Source: Candidatus Melainabacteria bacterium 17Bon1m
GTDB lineage: Bacteria; Cyanobacteriota; Vampirovibrionia; Obscuribacterales; Obscuribacteraceae
Assembly: GCA_032128875.1 (NCBI GenBank)
Contig: JAVLKG010000004.1
Location: forward strand, 224,001-288,000
Reading direction: 5' to 3'
DNA: 64,000 nt
Shown in pieces: positions 18,776-29,797 of the stretch; the stretch's first letter is position 1, and each line of letters starts with the position of its first letter. The translations under genes were made by a program, and so were the position numbers. The notes below the pieces were generated by a model. It worked only from the letters and a program-made list of their open reading frames with translations, did no database searches and was not told the DNA's origin.

Positions 18776-20323
18776 ATGGGATTTTTGTGCTTGCGTCCGA
18801 TAAAGTCCGTTTTGCCGGTATTGCTGGCTGTCGGCGCAGTCACTGTCACGCTGCCTGCCGCCTCAGGGCAGCCGATTACTCCTTCTGATATTGAAGCTGG
18901 CGCTTCCTCTCTCGACCAGCAAGCCGTATTTCAACGGCAGACTACAAGCTCTAACCCCGGAACCACCGGCGGAGGCAGCGCTACGGATAGCGACAATGCT
19001 ATTGAAGTTGGGGATTATGCTCGTGCTGAGTCAGTCGCCTCGGAGCGATTAAAAACGGTGAAAGGCGGTGTTGCTGAAATAGCTTTGCGTTTGTCCCTTA
19101 TCGAAGCAAGAATGTGGCAAGGCAAATTTCAGACTCTGCCGAAAGAATTGAAGATTGTCAGTTCTATGCTCAGCAAGACTGAAAATGTTTCTCCAAATTT
19201 GATAGCGCGTTACCTGGATGATCAATCGTGGATAACGCAGATTGGCGGAGATCCTGTGAAGGCAGAAGCGCAGGCTCGAGAGGCTATCGACAATTGGAAG
19301 AAGGCGCAGCAAACCGACGTCTCTTTTCTTTGTGGTGGCATCGATCACCTAGCTCAGTTGCTTGAAGACAGAGGTGCATTTGCTGAAGCGGCAAAGTGGT
19401 ATCAAGAATCCTTAGCACTGCATTCGAAAGTGCAAGGACCACGTTCTGTCGCTGCAGCCAATCAAATGGAAAAACTTGGAGCACTTGCTTTTAGAAACGG
19501 CAATCAGGCTTTAGCGCAAAAGATGTATGGCGATGCGCTATCAATCAAGGAAGGCACGAGAGCAGTTTTTCAACAGTTTGCTCCGCAAAGAGCAGAAGAT
19601 GCCGTCTTCTATAGATTTCTGCCGGGCGCCCCCAACGCCTCTCGCGAGACAGCAGACGGTGTTACACGCGAGAAAATAACTGCCAATGGAGTCACTGTCG
19701 AAGCTGCGCTTCTGACTAAAGGGGCTGATGTGCTGAAGAACTGCAAAGCAATGGTGCGTATTACTAATAATGGTGACTCGCCAATTAGCGTTCTTCCTCA
19801 AGGACCGGATTTGATCATTTTGAAGCCGAAGATTCAGCTGGCAAGGCAAGTACAAGGTGAGTCGCTTGCACAATCTATCGAGAAGAAAGGTGAGGGAAAA
19901 GCGAAATGGATTCGCTTTTGGGGCTCGCAAGCGACCACGACATCAACAACCAATATTCTCGCAAACGGCGGAGGATTCTACCCCTACGGCGGATTTATGT
20001 CGCCGAATTTTGGCTATGGCGGTCCAATGGGCTACGGAGGCAACTCCTGGTACAACAACAGCGGCGGCATGACGACAATGGTTACGAGCGTTCCGGACTT
20101 TCAAGCTCGTGAGCGTGCTTATCAACGCGCGCAGGCAGTATCGGAGCAAACGCAGCGTCAGGCCGCAGATGTTCGGGACAGCCAGTTGGGACCTACAACA
20201 TTGAATCCGATGGGGCGCATTGTCGGTTGTCTGTACTATGACCAGAACAATTTCGATGAGGCGACTCTGCGTATTCCCGTTGGAAAAGCAGTGTTCGAGT
20301 TCAGGTTCTACCATTTGCGATAA
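18776..20323 (+). CDS. Exported TPR protein with Gly/Tyr-rich insert
   Basis: Signal peptide; TPR-like helices; GGFYPYGG...YGGNSWY segment. Confidence 0.8.
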   Translation: MGFLCLRPIKSVLPVLLAVGAVTVTLPAASGQPITPSDIEAGASSLDQQAVFQRQTTSSNPGTTGGGSATDSDNAIEVGDYARAESVASERLKTVKGGVAEIALRLSLIEARMWQGKFQTLPKELKIVSSMLSKTENVSPNLIARYLDDQSWITQIGGDPVKAEAQAREAIDNWKKAQQTDVSFLCGGIDHLAQLLEDRGAFAEAAKWYQESLALHSKVQGPRSVAAANQMEKLGALAFRNGNQALAQKMYGDALSIKEGTRAVFQQFAPQRAEDAVFYRFLPGAPNASRETADGVTREKITANGVTVEAALLTKGADVLKNCKAMVRITNNGDSPISVLPQGPDLIILKPKIQLARQVQGESLAQSIEKKGEGKAKWIRFWGSQATTTSTTNILANGGGFYPYGGFMSPNFGYGGPMGYGGNSWYNNSGGMTTMVTSVPDFQARERAYQRAQAVSEQTQRQAADVRDSQLGPTTLNPMGRIVGCLYYDQNNFDEATLRIPVGKAVFEFRFYHLR

Positions 20324-20514
20324 ACGCCGAAAACGCTGCAGCCATAACCGTTTTACATAGGTAACGTTGATAGTTATGTGGCAAGTGAGTTGCTGGTAAG
20401 TAACGTTATCGCTTGAGAGCGTATGCAACCGCACATTAATCTGCCAAACTAAAGACGGCCTGAATGTGGGTCGTTTGAGCGTCCTCTCTGTCCCCCGGCT
20501 CAAAGCCCCGCTCA

Positions 20515-21219
20515 ATGGAGATGGAAATGAATCCGTTATTCCTGCTTGGCGCAGCCACCGTCGGTGTTGTCGGCTATACGCTGAAGACGTTGGGACGCAA
20601 TGATGTCCTGGAAAACCCTTTTCCAATTCGGGTTTGCGGTGATAGAGACGCCGTATTCAAGGCTGTCGAAGAAGCCCTGAAGAATTTCGGCGGTAACGCC
20701 TGGGTGTGGACAATCGTAGAGAAAAGCGCGCCGGCTGGCATTCTGAAAGCCGAATGTCTTTGCACACAAAGGGATGAGCGCCCAATCAAGCTCGCTGTTA
20801 ATTTCGACAAAACAACGTCTTCCATTTTATTGAAGTTCGAAGTGCAAGCATTGTTCAATCGAAACAATGCCAATAAAGTTCTAGAGCGCACGCAAAAGGC
20901 GATTATGTTTTCGCTCGATTCTATGTTCGACGAACACATCAATGATCCTATGCTTTCGATAGAAAAGCTTTTGCTCCTTTTGCAAGAGAATATTGGCGGC
21001 AAGCGTCTCTTGTCTGATCGCCAGTATGCAGACGTGAAGCTGGAGATCGAGCATCGAGCACAAGCGACTCTTTCGCCGGGTGCTGAAATTACAGTCGGTA
21101 ACTATTGCGTCAAAGTGCTCTCCAATAGAAGAGTGCGCGTAGGTAAAGTGCGACCGATAAAGGTTGAAGAGCCTGTGAAAGAAGCTGATGAGTCAGCTAT
21201 TCCTTCGTCAAAACACTAA
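20515..21219 (+). CDS. Hypothetical protein with N-terminal membrane anchor
   Basis: 234-aa ORF filling the gap; hydrophobic N-terminus. Confidence 0.7.
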   Translation: MEMEMNPLFLLGAATVGVVGYTLKTLGRNDVLENPFPIRVCGDRDAVFKAVEEALKNFGGNAWVWTIVEKSAPAGILKAECLCTQRDERPIKLAVNFDKTTSSILLKFEVQALFNRNNANKVLERTQKAIMFSLDSMFDEHINDPMLSIEKLLLLLQENIGGKRLLSDRQYADVKLEIEHRAQATLSPGAEITVGNYCVKVLSNRRVRVGKVRPIKVEEPVKEADESAIPSSKH

Positions 21220-21227
21220 GAGTCTGC

Positions 21228-21923
21228 TTAGCGTTCAATGTAATTGAAGGAAGAGTCTTCGCTTTGGCTGCGGAAGCTCATTATCTTCACGAGTATGAGT
21301 CCGGCAATAAAGCCGCCAACGTGTGCCCACCATGCCACGCCACCCTCTTCCCCTGGCTCTTTTGCGATACTCGCAAAGCCGGTGAAAAACTGCGAAATGA
21401 ACCAAAAGCCCAGATAGACTGAGGCGGGAATTTCGACCAGTCGAATAACGATGAAAATGGGAATCGCTGTGAGAACTCTGGCGGTTGGATAACTGATGAT
21501 ATAACCGCCCAGCACTCCGGCGATCGCGCCTGAGGCACCAATCGTCGGAACTGCGCTCCCTTGCGACATAAATACCTGTGTCAGACCAGCACAAACGCCG
21601 CACAGCAGGTAGAAAATGAAATATCCGAAGTGTCCGAGCTTGTCTTCTATGTTGTCGCCAAAAATAAATAGCGCCCACATGTTGCTAATCAGGTGCATCC
21701 AGCCACCATGCAGGAACATACAACTGAAGAGCGTGAAGACTTGATAGGGACCGAATTGTTGGAGAAAATCTTCCGGCACGAGCCCGAAATTTTTGAGAAA
21801 AGCGCTCAAGTCCTGGTCGCCAAGCGAAACCTCAAAGAGGAACAAGAGCACATTGATCGCGATGATCAAGTAGGTGACGAAAGGAATTGTGCCCGAGGGC
21901 TGTGAGTCTCTGAGCGGAAACAT
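21228..21923 (-). CDS. Rhomboid intramembrane serine protease
   Basis: FLHGGWMHL..N, GASG and AHVGG motifs. Confidence 0.95.
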   Translation of the reverse strand: MFPLRDSQPSGTIPFVTYLIIAINVLLFLFEVSLGDQDLSAFLKNFGLVPEDFLQQFGPYQVFTLFSCMFLHGGWMHLISNMWALFIFGDNIEDKLGHFGYFIFYLLCGVCAGLTQVFMSQGSAVPTIGASGAIAGVLGGYIISYPTARVLTAIPIFIVIRLVEIPASVYLGFWFISQFFTGFASIAKEPGEEGGVAWWAHVGGFIAGLILVKIMSFRSQSEDSSFNYIER

Positions 21924-22059
21924 TGCAGGTGATAATTGGGCCAAACTGTTTATTCAAAGACTACAGCATTAGGATGCTTTGGAGTAGAATTGGCGACCTG
22001 TCTAACTGTTTAACTGTTACCTGCCTATCTGACTATTTGCCTAAAGAGGACCACGCGCT

Positions 22060-23715
22060 ATGGTTGCCAGTGAAAAGCTTGTGCACACGAGTGACACGCA
22101 TACCGTCACCAATCAACCACCGGCTTTGCAAGATTACAATCTTTATTCGAGAGACAAGGCGCTCGTCGAGTGTATGACGAAAGAAGGCGCCGGGTGGGCG
22201 GACGAACGACTAAAAGCTTTCGGACAGCTGATTGGAAGAGAAGAGACAATCAAACTGGGTTATCTGGCAAACGAGCATACGCCAGTTTTGAAAACTCACG
22301 ATCGTTTTGGGCATCGCATCGATGAAGTCGAGTTTCATCCAGCGTGGCATCAATTGCTTTCGATGTCGCTAGAGAATCGTCTGACTAATTTGCCTTGGGT
22401 TGAGCCGAAATCTGGTGCGCATGTGGCACGCGCTGCGATGATGTATTTGATGGTGCAAGTGGAAGCCGGGCACATGTGTCCTGTTTCTATGACCTTTTCG
22501 TGTGTACCGGCTTTGAAGAAGCAGCCGGATGTTTTGGCTGCTTTTGAGTCGGCTCTTATGTCCAACCAATACGATTCGCGATTCATTCCTGCCGGTCAGA
22601 AGCGCGGACTGCTTGTTGGCATGTCGATGACTGAGAAGCAGGGTGGCTCTGACGTTCGCGCCAATACTACTGAAGCCAAGCCGGTCAACTCCAGAGGTCC
22701 AGGGCAGTTGTATGAACTGAAAGGACACAAGTGGTTTTGCTCGCATCCAATGTCGGATGCCTTCGTTATGCTGGCGCAGACTGAAGGCGGGCTTTCTTGC
22801 TTTCTTGTCCCCAGATTTTCTCCTTCAGGGGAGCGCAACCAAATACGGTTGCAGCGCTTGAAGAGCAAATTAGGAAATAGATCCAACGCCAGTGCGGAAA
22901 TAGAGCTCGAGAATGCTCAAGGTTGGCTTATAAACGAAGAAGGCAGAGGTGTTGCCACCATTATTGAAATGGTCAGTCACACCCGCCTGGATTGCGCCCT
23001 GTCATCAGCCGGTTTGATGCGCCAGGCTTTGACTCAGGCGTTGCACCATGTTCAATACCGCTCGGCGTTTAAAAAACGCTTGATAGAGCATGAATTGATG
23101 CGCAATGTTTTGTGTGATCTTGCTTTGGAATCCGAGGCGGCGACAGTTCTTACGATGCGCTTGGCTCGTGCTTATGATGCCGGTCAATCTGATAAGAAAG
23201 AAGGTCTCTTTCGCAGAATTGCAACCGCTGTTGCGAAGTATTGGATTTGCAAGCGTGCTCCTTCACATGTCTATGAATGTTTGGAAACACTTGGTGGCAA
23301 TGGATATGTCGAGGAATCTCTGATGCCACGACTTTATCGCGAAGCGCCGGTCAATTCTGTTTGGGAAGGTTCGGGCAATGTTATTTGTCTGGACGTTCTG
23401 CGCGCGCTGACGAATGAGCCTGAAACTGCTGTAGTCCTTCTGGACGAGATAAAGCAAGTTGCCGGACAAAACAAAGAGCTTGATGCACAAATCACAAAGG
23501 CCGAATTACTAATAGCCCGCAAATCTGAACGAGAAGCCCGTCAGATGGTTGAGCAATTGGCGGTTTTACTCCAAGCTAAGCTTTTAATCGAGTCGGCTCC
23601 CAGTCCTGTTGCTGACGCTTTCATCGAAAGTCGAATAAAGGGTGGTTGGGGCAGAACATTTGGCACGCTTTCGTCCCATACAGAAACTGCAGCCATACTT
23701 GAGCGCGCGTTTTGA
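22060..23715 (+). CDS. aidB: AidB-like acyl-CoA dehydrogenase
   Basis: THTVTNQPP, MTEKQGGSDV, GHKWFCS and REAPVNSVWEGSGN motifs. Confidence 0.92.
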   Translation: MVASEKLVHTSDTHTVTNQPPALQDYNLYSRDKALVECMTKEGAGWADERLKAFGQLIGREETIKLGYLANEHTPVLKTHDRFGHRIDEVEFHPAWHQLLSMSLENRLTNLPWVEPKSGAHVARAAMMYLMVQVEAGHMCPVSMTFSCVPALKKQPDVLAAFESALMSNQYDSRFIPAGQKRGLLVGMSMTEKQGGSDVRANTTEAKPVNSRGPGQLYELKGHKWFCSHPMSDAFVMLAQTEGGLSCFLVPRFSPSGERNQIRLQRLKSKLGNRSNASAEIELENAQGWLINEEGRGVATIIEMVSHTRLDCALSSAGLMRQALTQALHHVQYRSAFKKRLIEHELMRNVLCDLALESEAATVLTMRLARAYDAGQSDKKEGLFRRIATAVAKYWICKRAPSHVYECLETLGGNGYVEESLMPRLYREAPVNSVWEGSGNVICLDVLRALTNEPETAVVLLDEIKQVAGQNKELDAQITKAELLIARKSEREARQMVEQLAVLLQAKLLIESAPSPVADAFIESRIKGGWGRTFGTLSSHTETAAILERAF

Positions 23716-23761
23716 TGCTCGTCCTAATCTAGTCTAATCAAACTACCCTAACTAAAACTAG

Positions 23762-25180
23762 CTAATCTAAACCGAACTTTTGGCGCGACTGCACGCACGC
23801 TTTGATCAAGTTTGCTAAATCTTGTGCCTCATGGGGGCAACCAGCAACGCCGATTGAAAAACCCACAGTCTCTAAAGATGGTCCGCTCACCAAGACTTCA
23901 ATCAGTCGGCTGGCAAATCGTCTTGCCAAAATGCTATCTGTTTCGGGCAAGATCAAAGCAAAACAATTTGTTTGATAGTGCCCGAGAATATCAGGCTTGC
24001 GTTTTAGTTTTGAAATCAGATTGACCAACTCACGGGCGGCTTGCTGCGGCAGTGGTGAGAGTTTTCCCGAACCATCTTGTGCTTTTGTGCCGATTTGCAA
24101 AAGTAAAAAGCTAAAGGGCTTTCCATACCGCGAACTGCGGTTATATTCCATTTCCAGAAAATACAACAATGCCGGATAACCATAAGCGCCAGTGTCGGCA
24201 CGGATAAGCGAGCGATCGACAGCTTGAGTCATTGTCCAATCGGCTGTTGCTAGCGCCGTGTCCTCACTATTGAGTGGTATTTCTGGTGGTGCAACTAGTT
24301 TTTTCTTGATCAGATTATGCAGAGCAGGCATCCACTCCGCTTTAGTCACATTGAGAGCGACAATGATGTTTTGAACTTGATTGCTTCCATCAATCAACTC
24401 GAAAATATTCTTCTGCAAAGTCCTGCTTATGCCTTGTTCGTTCTGCACCAGCGCCATAAAGTCTTCTTGGCTGATCTCAGCTACCGCGCGCTTCAGCACA
24501 GTCTCGGGAGTCAAGCCCATTTTCGTCAGTTCTACAACGTGGTCATTGAGATATGTGCCTTCCATGATGAGAAGGTCGATGTTCTTCGTCACTGTAATTT
24601 CGGACGAGCCAGGTCCCAGTGCAAATTTGAAATTGCCATTTTGCCAGCCGACCAGTTCGAGAAATGCGTAATCCCCTGTCGTTGAGCCAATTACGCAATG
24701 TGACGGCATGCCTTCGTTGAAGTATAAAACCGCATTTTCTTCTTGCTGTCCTACAATTCGCGAAAGTTCGAGGCAACCGGATGCGTGGTCCGTTGCGATC
24801 AGTCTAACCAAATTGGCGAACTGAAGGCGGCGCAAATCACCGTTGGTGTAGAGCTTAGTCGTGGGCAAAGGCAGGTTGTGACCGGAAGTCGTCTGTTGCC
24901 TTTCTTGTGAAATTTCGTTCCAGTTTTTGAAATCACTGGAGAGCTGCTGCAAGATAACGCGTTGATCGCTGGAGGAGATATTCCAGATGAGAATGGCAGA
25001 ATCGCCATCCAATTTGCGCAGTGTCCATGTGCAAATCGAACCGTTGGGGTCTTTGAAGGAGACGAGCGAATAGGCTTTTGTAGAATTACCAAAGCAAATT
25101 TCACTCGCCGTCCCAGGCGCACGCATTGCATCACGCACCATGTCTGCTAATTGTTCGGCATTGGGCGGGAAGTTCTGCAT
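23762..25180 (-). CDS. DUF4388 domain plus degenerate GGDEF-like domain protein
   Basis: SGCLEL...LYFNEG..H...G..AF.EL.GW..G.F; C-terminal DTGAY...EYNRS.RY...DILGHYQTNCFALILPET with no GGDEF motif. Confidence 0.8.
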   Translation of the reverse strand: MQNFPPNAEQLADMVRDAMRAPGTASEICFGNSTKAYSLVSFKDPNGSICTWTLRKLDGDSAILIWNISSSDQRVILQQLSSDFKNWNEISQERQQTTSGHNLPLPTTKLYTNGDLRRLQFANLVRLIATDHASGCLELSRIVGQQEENAVLYFNEGMPSHCVIGSTTGDYAFLELVGWQNGNFKFALGPGSSEITVTKNIDLLIMEGTYLNDHVVELTKMGLTPETVLKRAVAEISQEDFMALVQNEQGISRTLQKNIFELIDGSNQVQNIIVALNVTKAEWMPALHNLIKKKLVAPPEIPLNSEDTALATADWTMTQAVDRSLIRADTGAYGYPALLYFLEMEYNRSSRYGKPFSFLLLQIGTKAQDGSGKLSPLPQQAARELVNLISKLKRKPDILGHYQTNCFALILPETDSILARRFASRLIEVLVSGPSLETVGFSIGVAGCPHEAQDLANLIKACVQSRQKFGLD

Positions 25181-25460
25181 TTTGTTCTGTTGGTGCGCTT
25201 AAGCGCTTGGCAACGCGATTTGTGTTGGGAAAGGCGGGAAATCCTAATCCGGGCGACTGTTTAGCAGTAAGCTTGTGAATCCAGTTTAGCTCAAATTTGA
25301 AAGGAAGGGCGGAAAACTCGCGGCAGTGCGCCACTGGCGCTCTTGACTAGTGGGTGGATGAAAACCTTATCCAGGGTGCTTTTTCAGGTCGCATCTTCAC
25401 AGCCTGTCCTGATTCAGACTACAATGATGCTGTTAAATTCTGGAATCTGGTTACCGAAAT

Positions 25461-26039
25461 ATGAGTCGCGAAATTCTCCCCTGGAGAAAAATTGAGTCCC
25501 ACAAGATAGCCGACTGCAAGGTATTCTCACTCGAACGCAATCGGGCGCTGATGCCGACCGGCGAAGCTAACAGGGCATTTGACTTTTATGTTCTGCACCC
25601 GTCGCATTGGTGCAATGTAATTCCGATAACCGACGATGGACGCGTTGTTTTCATCGAACAGTACCGGCACGGTATCGAAAAAATCACTCTGGAAATTCCT
25701 GGCGGCGCCGTAGATCCCGAAGATCCAAGCTCACAACACGCGGCAGCGCGTGAGCTTTTCGAAGAAACCGGTTATGTCGCAGACGAATTGACATTCATCG
25801 GTCGCAATCATCCCAACCCGGCTTTGCAAAGCAATTTTTGCGACACCTATATTGCACGTGGTGCACAACAGATATGCGAACCGACTTTTAAGGGTGCGGA
25901 AGACATCAAAATTAGGCTCGTCGAGATGGACGAGGTTCCGCATCTGATCGCTTCTGGAACCATCACGCACGCCCTGGTGCTGGTCGCGTTTTATTTCAAA
26001 CAGATTCACGATTTGAAAATTGGCACGCCAAAGATTTAG
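25461..26039 (+). CDS. NUDIX hydrolase (ADP-ribose pyrophosphatase-like)
   Basis: QYR, EIPGG...AARELFEETG Nudix box. Confidence 0.93.
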   Translation: MSREILPWRKIESHKIADCKVFSLERNRALMPTGEANRAFDFYVLHPSHWCNVIPITDDGRVVFIEQYRHGIEKITLEIPGGAVDPEDPSSQHAAARELFEETGYVADELTFIGRNHPNPALQSNFCDTYIARGAQQICEPTFKGAEDIKIRLVEMDEVPHLIASGTITHALVLVAFYFKQIHDLKIGTPKI

Positions 26040-26806
26040 TCGTTACGCTCAGCTGAATATACTGCCACTGTATATTTGAGAGATACTTCGCCGCCCTTTT
26101 GGAAGCGTGCGAAAGCGGTATTGAGCATTTCCTTTAAACGGTTGGCAATGCCGGTTTCTTTTGGTGCATATGATGCGGAGAACGCTCTCAATATCAGAGC
26201 CTCTCGATCCAATATCTGTTCGTTTTCAAAGTGGGTGAGCTCGCCCTTGCAAAAATATTCTGAAGTGAGCAGTGGTACTCCTGATGCGCCGTGCCTGCCT
26301 TCAATTCGGTCGATTTCGGTGAGTTTTCTAAATGCGTCACCATAGGCGCGTGTGAATGGGTCGCTTTCGTCGCGTTCGTTCCAGATAAGTACCGTCCAGC
26401 CTTGTGGTTTCAAGATTCTGTAAAACTCTCTCAACGCCAGATCCGGTTTGAACCAATGAAAAGCTTGAGCGCATAGCACTGCGTCGACGGAGCAATTCTC
26501 CAGGGTGGTGTCTTCTGCTGTTCCATCCACCAATTTGAGAGTACCGGATTTTAATGAATCGACCAGTTCGGCTGCTTTTTGGCGCATATCGAAATTCGGC
26601 TCAACACCGATGACGTTAAGACCGCGCTCTGCAAACAATTGACTCGAAATACCTGTGCCGCAGCCTACATCGGCTAATGAAGAACCTCTGCTCAATTTGC
26701 AGATATCCACAATATAGTTAATCGCATCATCTGGATATGTCGGTCGCGCTTTTGCATAAACGTCGGCCAATCCGGTAAAGCGTTTGGTATTGTCGATTCC
26801 CATCAT
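26036..26806 (-). CDS. Class I SAM-dependent methyltransferase
   Basis: Y...RPTYP, DVGCGTG and AQAFHWF motifs. Confidence 0.93.
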   Translation of the reverse strand: MMGIDNTKRFTGLADVYAKARPTYPDDAINYIVDICKLSRGSSLADVGCGTGISSQLFAERGLNVIGVEPNFDMRQKAAELVDSLKSGTLKLVDGTAEDTTLENCSVDAVLCAQAFHWFKPDLALREFYRILKPQGWTVLIWNERDESDPFTRAYGDAFRKLTEIDRIEGRHGASGVPLLTSEYFCKGELTHFENEQILDREALILRAFSASYAPKETGIANRLKEMLNTAFARFQKGGEVSLKYTVAVYSAERND

Positions 26807-26997
26807 CAGTGCGTCCCCCGGTATACCCTGGGTAATAAAATCGGTTGCGTATTGGCATCATACAGAATCTTGTCTCCAATGAAAACAAGCGAAACTCGCT
26901 TAATTCGTCGCCCACAATCTTTAATGGAAAATACAAGACACCAGCTTTTGGATTTCTCCAGAAGCTGGCTCCTGTTTGGCTGTTCAACTCAACCCGG

Positions 26998-27759
26998 TTA
27001 AATTCCCCGTTTAAATATCCTCAGCATTTGAGTGGCGCCTCTTATGTCCTTCATCATTACTGATTCAAATTGCATGTCGTACGGGAAGAACGATTCGTCA
27101 TTCAACAATTGCTCAATAAACGGATGAGTTTTCTTGTTTGGTCCGACGACCGGATAAATGCGGACTTCCTGGCGAGCGATTCGAAGCATCTCGTGCAGCG
27201 CACGATGATGAAAGAGATAATCAAAATTCGAATTTTCGAGTATGCCTCCTGTTTCAACATTGCTATAGAGAAATAGCAAGTTACCGCAAAGAACCATGTC
27301 GAAACTGTCATCATAGAATGGAAGATGAGGGAAGGAAGCGGCTACGTAGCGTCTGCATGCGTCCATCCTTCTGTAGTCATTGGCGAATGTCGTGAGCGCT
27401 TTTAGCTTCTCATTCAGAAAGGTGATGTCATCGTCGTTGGTCTGGCGCATGAAGAGCGACCTGTGTCGCTGTGTTTCGCGTATGCAAGCAGGTATGTCGC
27501 GTTGTGCACTTTCCATAATGTCGTCAATTTGCTTGGAATAAATCGGATCGCAGGCAACAACTTTTAAGTCTAATTTCTGTGCTTCCGCAGCGAACGATGC
27601 AGGCCCCGACGCGCAATCCAGAATGCTTTTGCCTTTTAAATTTTCCAGATCGAGGTTGAACATTTCGACGTATTCATTCATTGTTCTGCCGAAACATGCA
27701 ACACGATCGAGTTGAAATGGGTCATCCATTCGATTCTGGTTTGGATTGAACGTCATCAT
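26998..27759 (-). CDS. SAM-dependent methyltransferase-like protein
   Basis: ILDCASGPASF, LPF.DDSFD and EVRIYP motifs. Confidence 0.85.
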   Translation of the reverse strand: MMTFNPNQNRMDDPFQLDRVACFGRTMNEYVEMFNLDLENLKGKSILDCASGPASFAAEAQKLDLKVVACDPIYSKQIDDIMESAQRDIPACIRETQRHRSLFMRQTNDDDITFLNEKLKALTTFANDYRRMDACRRYVAASFPHLPFYDDSFDMVLCGNLLFLYSNVETGGILENSNFDYLFHHRALHEMLRIARQEVRIYPVVGPNKKTHPFIEQLLNDESFFPYDMQFESVMMKDIRGATQMLRIFKRGI

Positions 27760-27867
27760 TTCGCTTCCTCCTTGTGTGCTTGTTTATTGGATTGGCGTCG
27801 TTCTAACTTAGTATTTTGATTGGCGACAGCAGTTTGTTCGGCGCTCACATTACAAGACTAAGGAGAT

Positions 27868-27886
27868 TGTGTGAGAGGTGTGTGAG
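27868..27886. promoter_or_regulatory. 11-bp-period direct repeat (candidate OmpR/PhoB box)
   Basis: TGTGTGAG at 27868 and 27879. Confidence 0.4.
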
Positions 27887-27958
27887 GACTGGAATCGCCC
27901 GTTTATTCGGACGTTTGAGAATTACCCCTGCCGGCTTCGATAGGGTAAAATTGGACAA

Positions 27959-29797
27959 ATGCGACTGAACCTTACACTCTCGCGCAAGGCCATAATTTTG
28001 GTTTCCGTGCCTTTGGTCATTGAACTGGCACTGGTTTGTTTTCTTATGACGCTATTGCAACAGGCTGAGAAAGAGCGAGAGATGGAAGCGCATTCTCGTG
28101 AAATTTCCAACGAGATAAACGGCGCAATGCGCTGCCTAATCAATGCTGGCACGAATACTGTTATTTATCATGTAAGCGGATCTAGAGATTCGCTCAAGTT
28201 ATACAAGCAATCTGTTCGCGAGTTTCCCCAGGTTGTTGAGCGCCTTTCTCGGATGGTAAAGGGACGAGAGGAAGAAGAGGACAATCTGCTTAGAATGGTC
28301 TCTTTGTACAACAGGGCCAATCAAAATCTTGTGGAAGGGCACCGTAAGCTTGAGGCCGGTGATCGTATCGGTTCGATGAAACCGTACGCAAATCTCAACA
28401 AGTCCATGGCAGAACTCTACGTTGTTGCGGACAAAATTCAGAGCCGACAAAATGAGATTCAAGAAAAGCAAAAAGCTGCGCAAGCTGCCACAAGAGAGCA
28501 GATTAAGTGGCTTGTCGTTGCCGGTGCTTTGTTGAATGTTTTAGCAGCGGTTGGGCTCGTGCTTTATTTCAATCGCGGCACCGCCAATCGTTTTAATGTG
28601 CTTCTCGACAATACCATGCGCCTTGCATCGGGAGAGCCTCTTAACGCGCCACTTTCCGGCGCAGATGAAATTGCTCGATTGGACAGGGTTTTTCGAAAAA
28701 TGGCCAATTCTTTGGCTGCGGCGACTCAAAAGGAGCGTGCGGTACTTCAAAACGCAGCAGACGTCATTTGTTCAATTGACGATGATTTTAAGTTTGCCGC
28801 TATGAATCCTGCTGTTGAAAAGGTTCTTGGTTACACGCCAGACGAGATGATTGGTGCGCGCCTTGTTCAATACCTTTATGCGGACGATGTTGAAAAAACG
28901 CTTGATGCTTTGAAGAAAAACATTCAAGAAAAGGGCGAGCTCGCATTGGAAAATCGAATGGTTCGCAAAGATGGTACGACCGTGGACATGCTGTGGTCAT
29001 TGCACTGGACAGAAGCGGAGAAATCGACGATTTGCGTTCTGCACGATATCACCTACAGGAAAGAGTTAGAACGATTGAAGCGTGACTTTGTCGCGATGGT
29101 GAGCCACGATCTGCGCACTCCTCTTACATCAATATCCGGCTTCCTGAGCCTACTTCGGACCGGCAAGTACAATCAGCTTTCGCCTGATGGGCTCGAGAGT
29201 CTTAAGAGTGCAGATGCAAGTGTTGGCAGATTGATGAGCATGGTCAATGATTTGTTGGACATCGAGCGTGTTGAGTCGGGAAGATTAGATCTCAATCTTG
29301 GCCCGCTTACCATTGAAGGGCTTCTCGAGAGCGTTTTCGGCATGCTTGAGCCGATTGCCAAAGAGAAAAAAATAGAGCTCGTATCTCCCAAGCACAAGGA
29401 AATAGAATTCGTCGGTGATGCCGATCGTTTGAACCAAGTACTTGTAAATCTGGTGTCGAATGCAATCAAATTTTCAGAGCCGAATTCAAAGATTGTGGTT
29501 GAAGCGATTGAAAACCCGACCAGCGTTCGCGTCGAAGTTCGAGATACGGGAAGAGGCGTACCCGATCACTTAAAACAAGCGGTATTCGAACGTTTTAAAC
29601 AAGTCGATCCGGCTGATGCCGCAAAGCGTAAAGGCACGGGCCTTGGGCTTGCGATTTCTAAGGCGATAGTAGAGCGTCACGGTGGTTGCATCGGGGTAGA
29701 AGATAATAAATCGGAGTCTGCAGATGGAAATATAGGGTCAGTTTTCTGGTTCACTGTGCCTACCACCGATGCCCAATCTCATTTTGATCAAACTTGA
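27959..29797 (+). CDS. Membrane sensor histidine kinase (periplasmic sensor-HAMP-PAS-HisKA-HATPase)
   Basis: Two TM segments; SHDLRTPL, NLVSNAIKF, DTGRG and GTGLGL motifs. Confidence 0.95.
   Translation: MRLNLTLSRKAIILVSVPLVIELALVCFLMTLLQQAEKEREMEAHSREISNEINGAMRCLINAGTNTVIYHVSGSRDSLKLYKQSVREFPQVVERLSRMVKGREEEEDNLLRMVSLYNRANQNLVEGHRKLEAGDRIGSMKPYANLNKSMAELYVVADKIQSRQNEIQEKQKAAQAATREQIKWLVVAGALLNVLAAVGLVLYFNRGTANRFNVLLDNTMRLASGEPLNAPLSGADEIARLDRVFRKMANSLAAATQKERAVLQNAADVICSIDDDFKFAAMNPAVEKVLGYTPDEMIGARLVQYLYADDVEKTLDALKKNIQEKGELALENRMVRKDGTTVDMLWSLHWTEAEKSTICVLHDITYRKELERLKRDFVAMVSHDLRTPLTSISGFLSLLRTGKYNQLSPDGLESLKSADASVGRLMSMVNDLLDIERVESGRLDLNLGPLTIEGLLESVFGMLEPIAKEKKIELVSPKHKEIEFVGDADRLNQVLVNLVSNAIKFSEPNSKIVVEAIENPTSVRVEVRDTGRGVPDHLKQAVFERFKQVDPADAAKRKGTGLGLAISKAIVERHGGCIGVEDNKSESADGNIGSVFWFTVPTTDAQSHFDQT

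Noticed and set aside
19943-20626. Long antisense ORFs in the track (for example 227 aa here, 229 aa at 33801-34490, 197 aa at 58507-59100)
   Set aside because: Shadows of well-supported genes on the opposite strand, with no recognisable motifs.
23716-23765. CTA-rich spacer (many TAG on the minus strand) between convergent genes
   Set aside because: Short low-complexity sequence without regular periodicity; no support for function.
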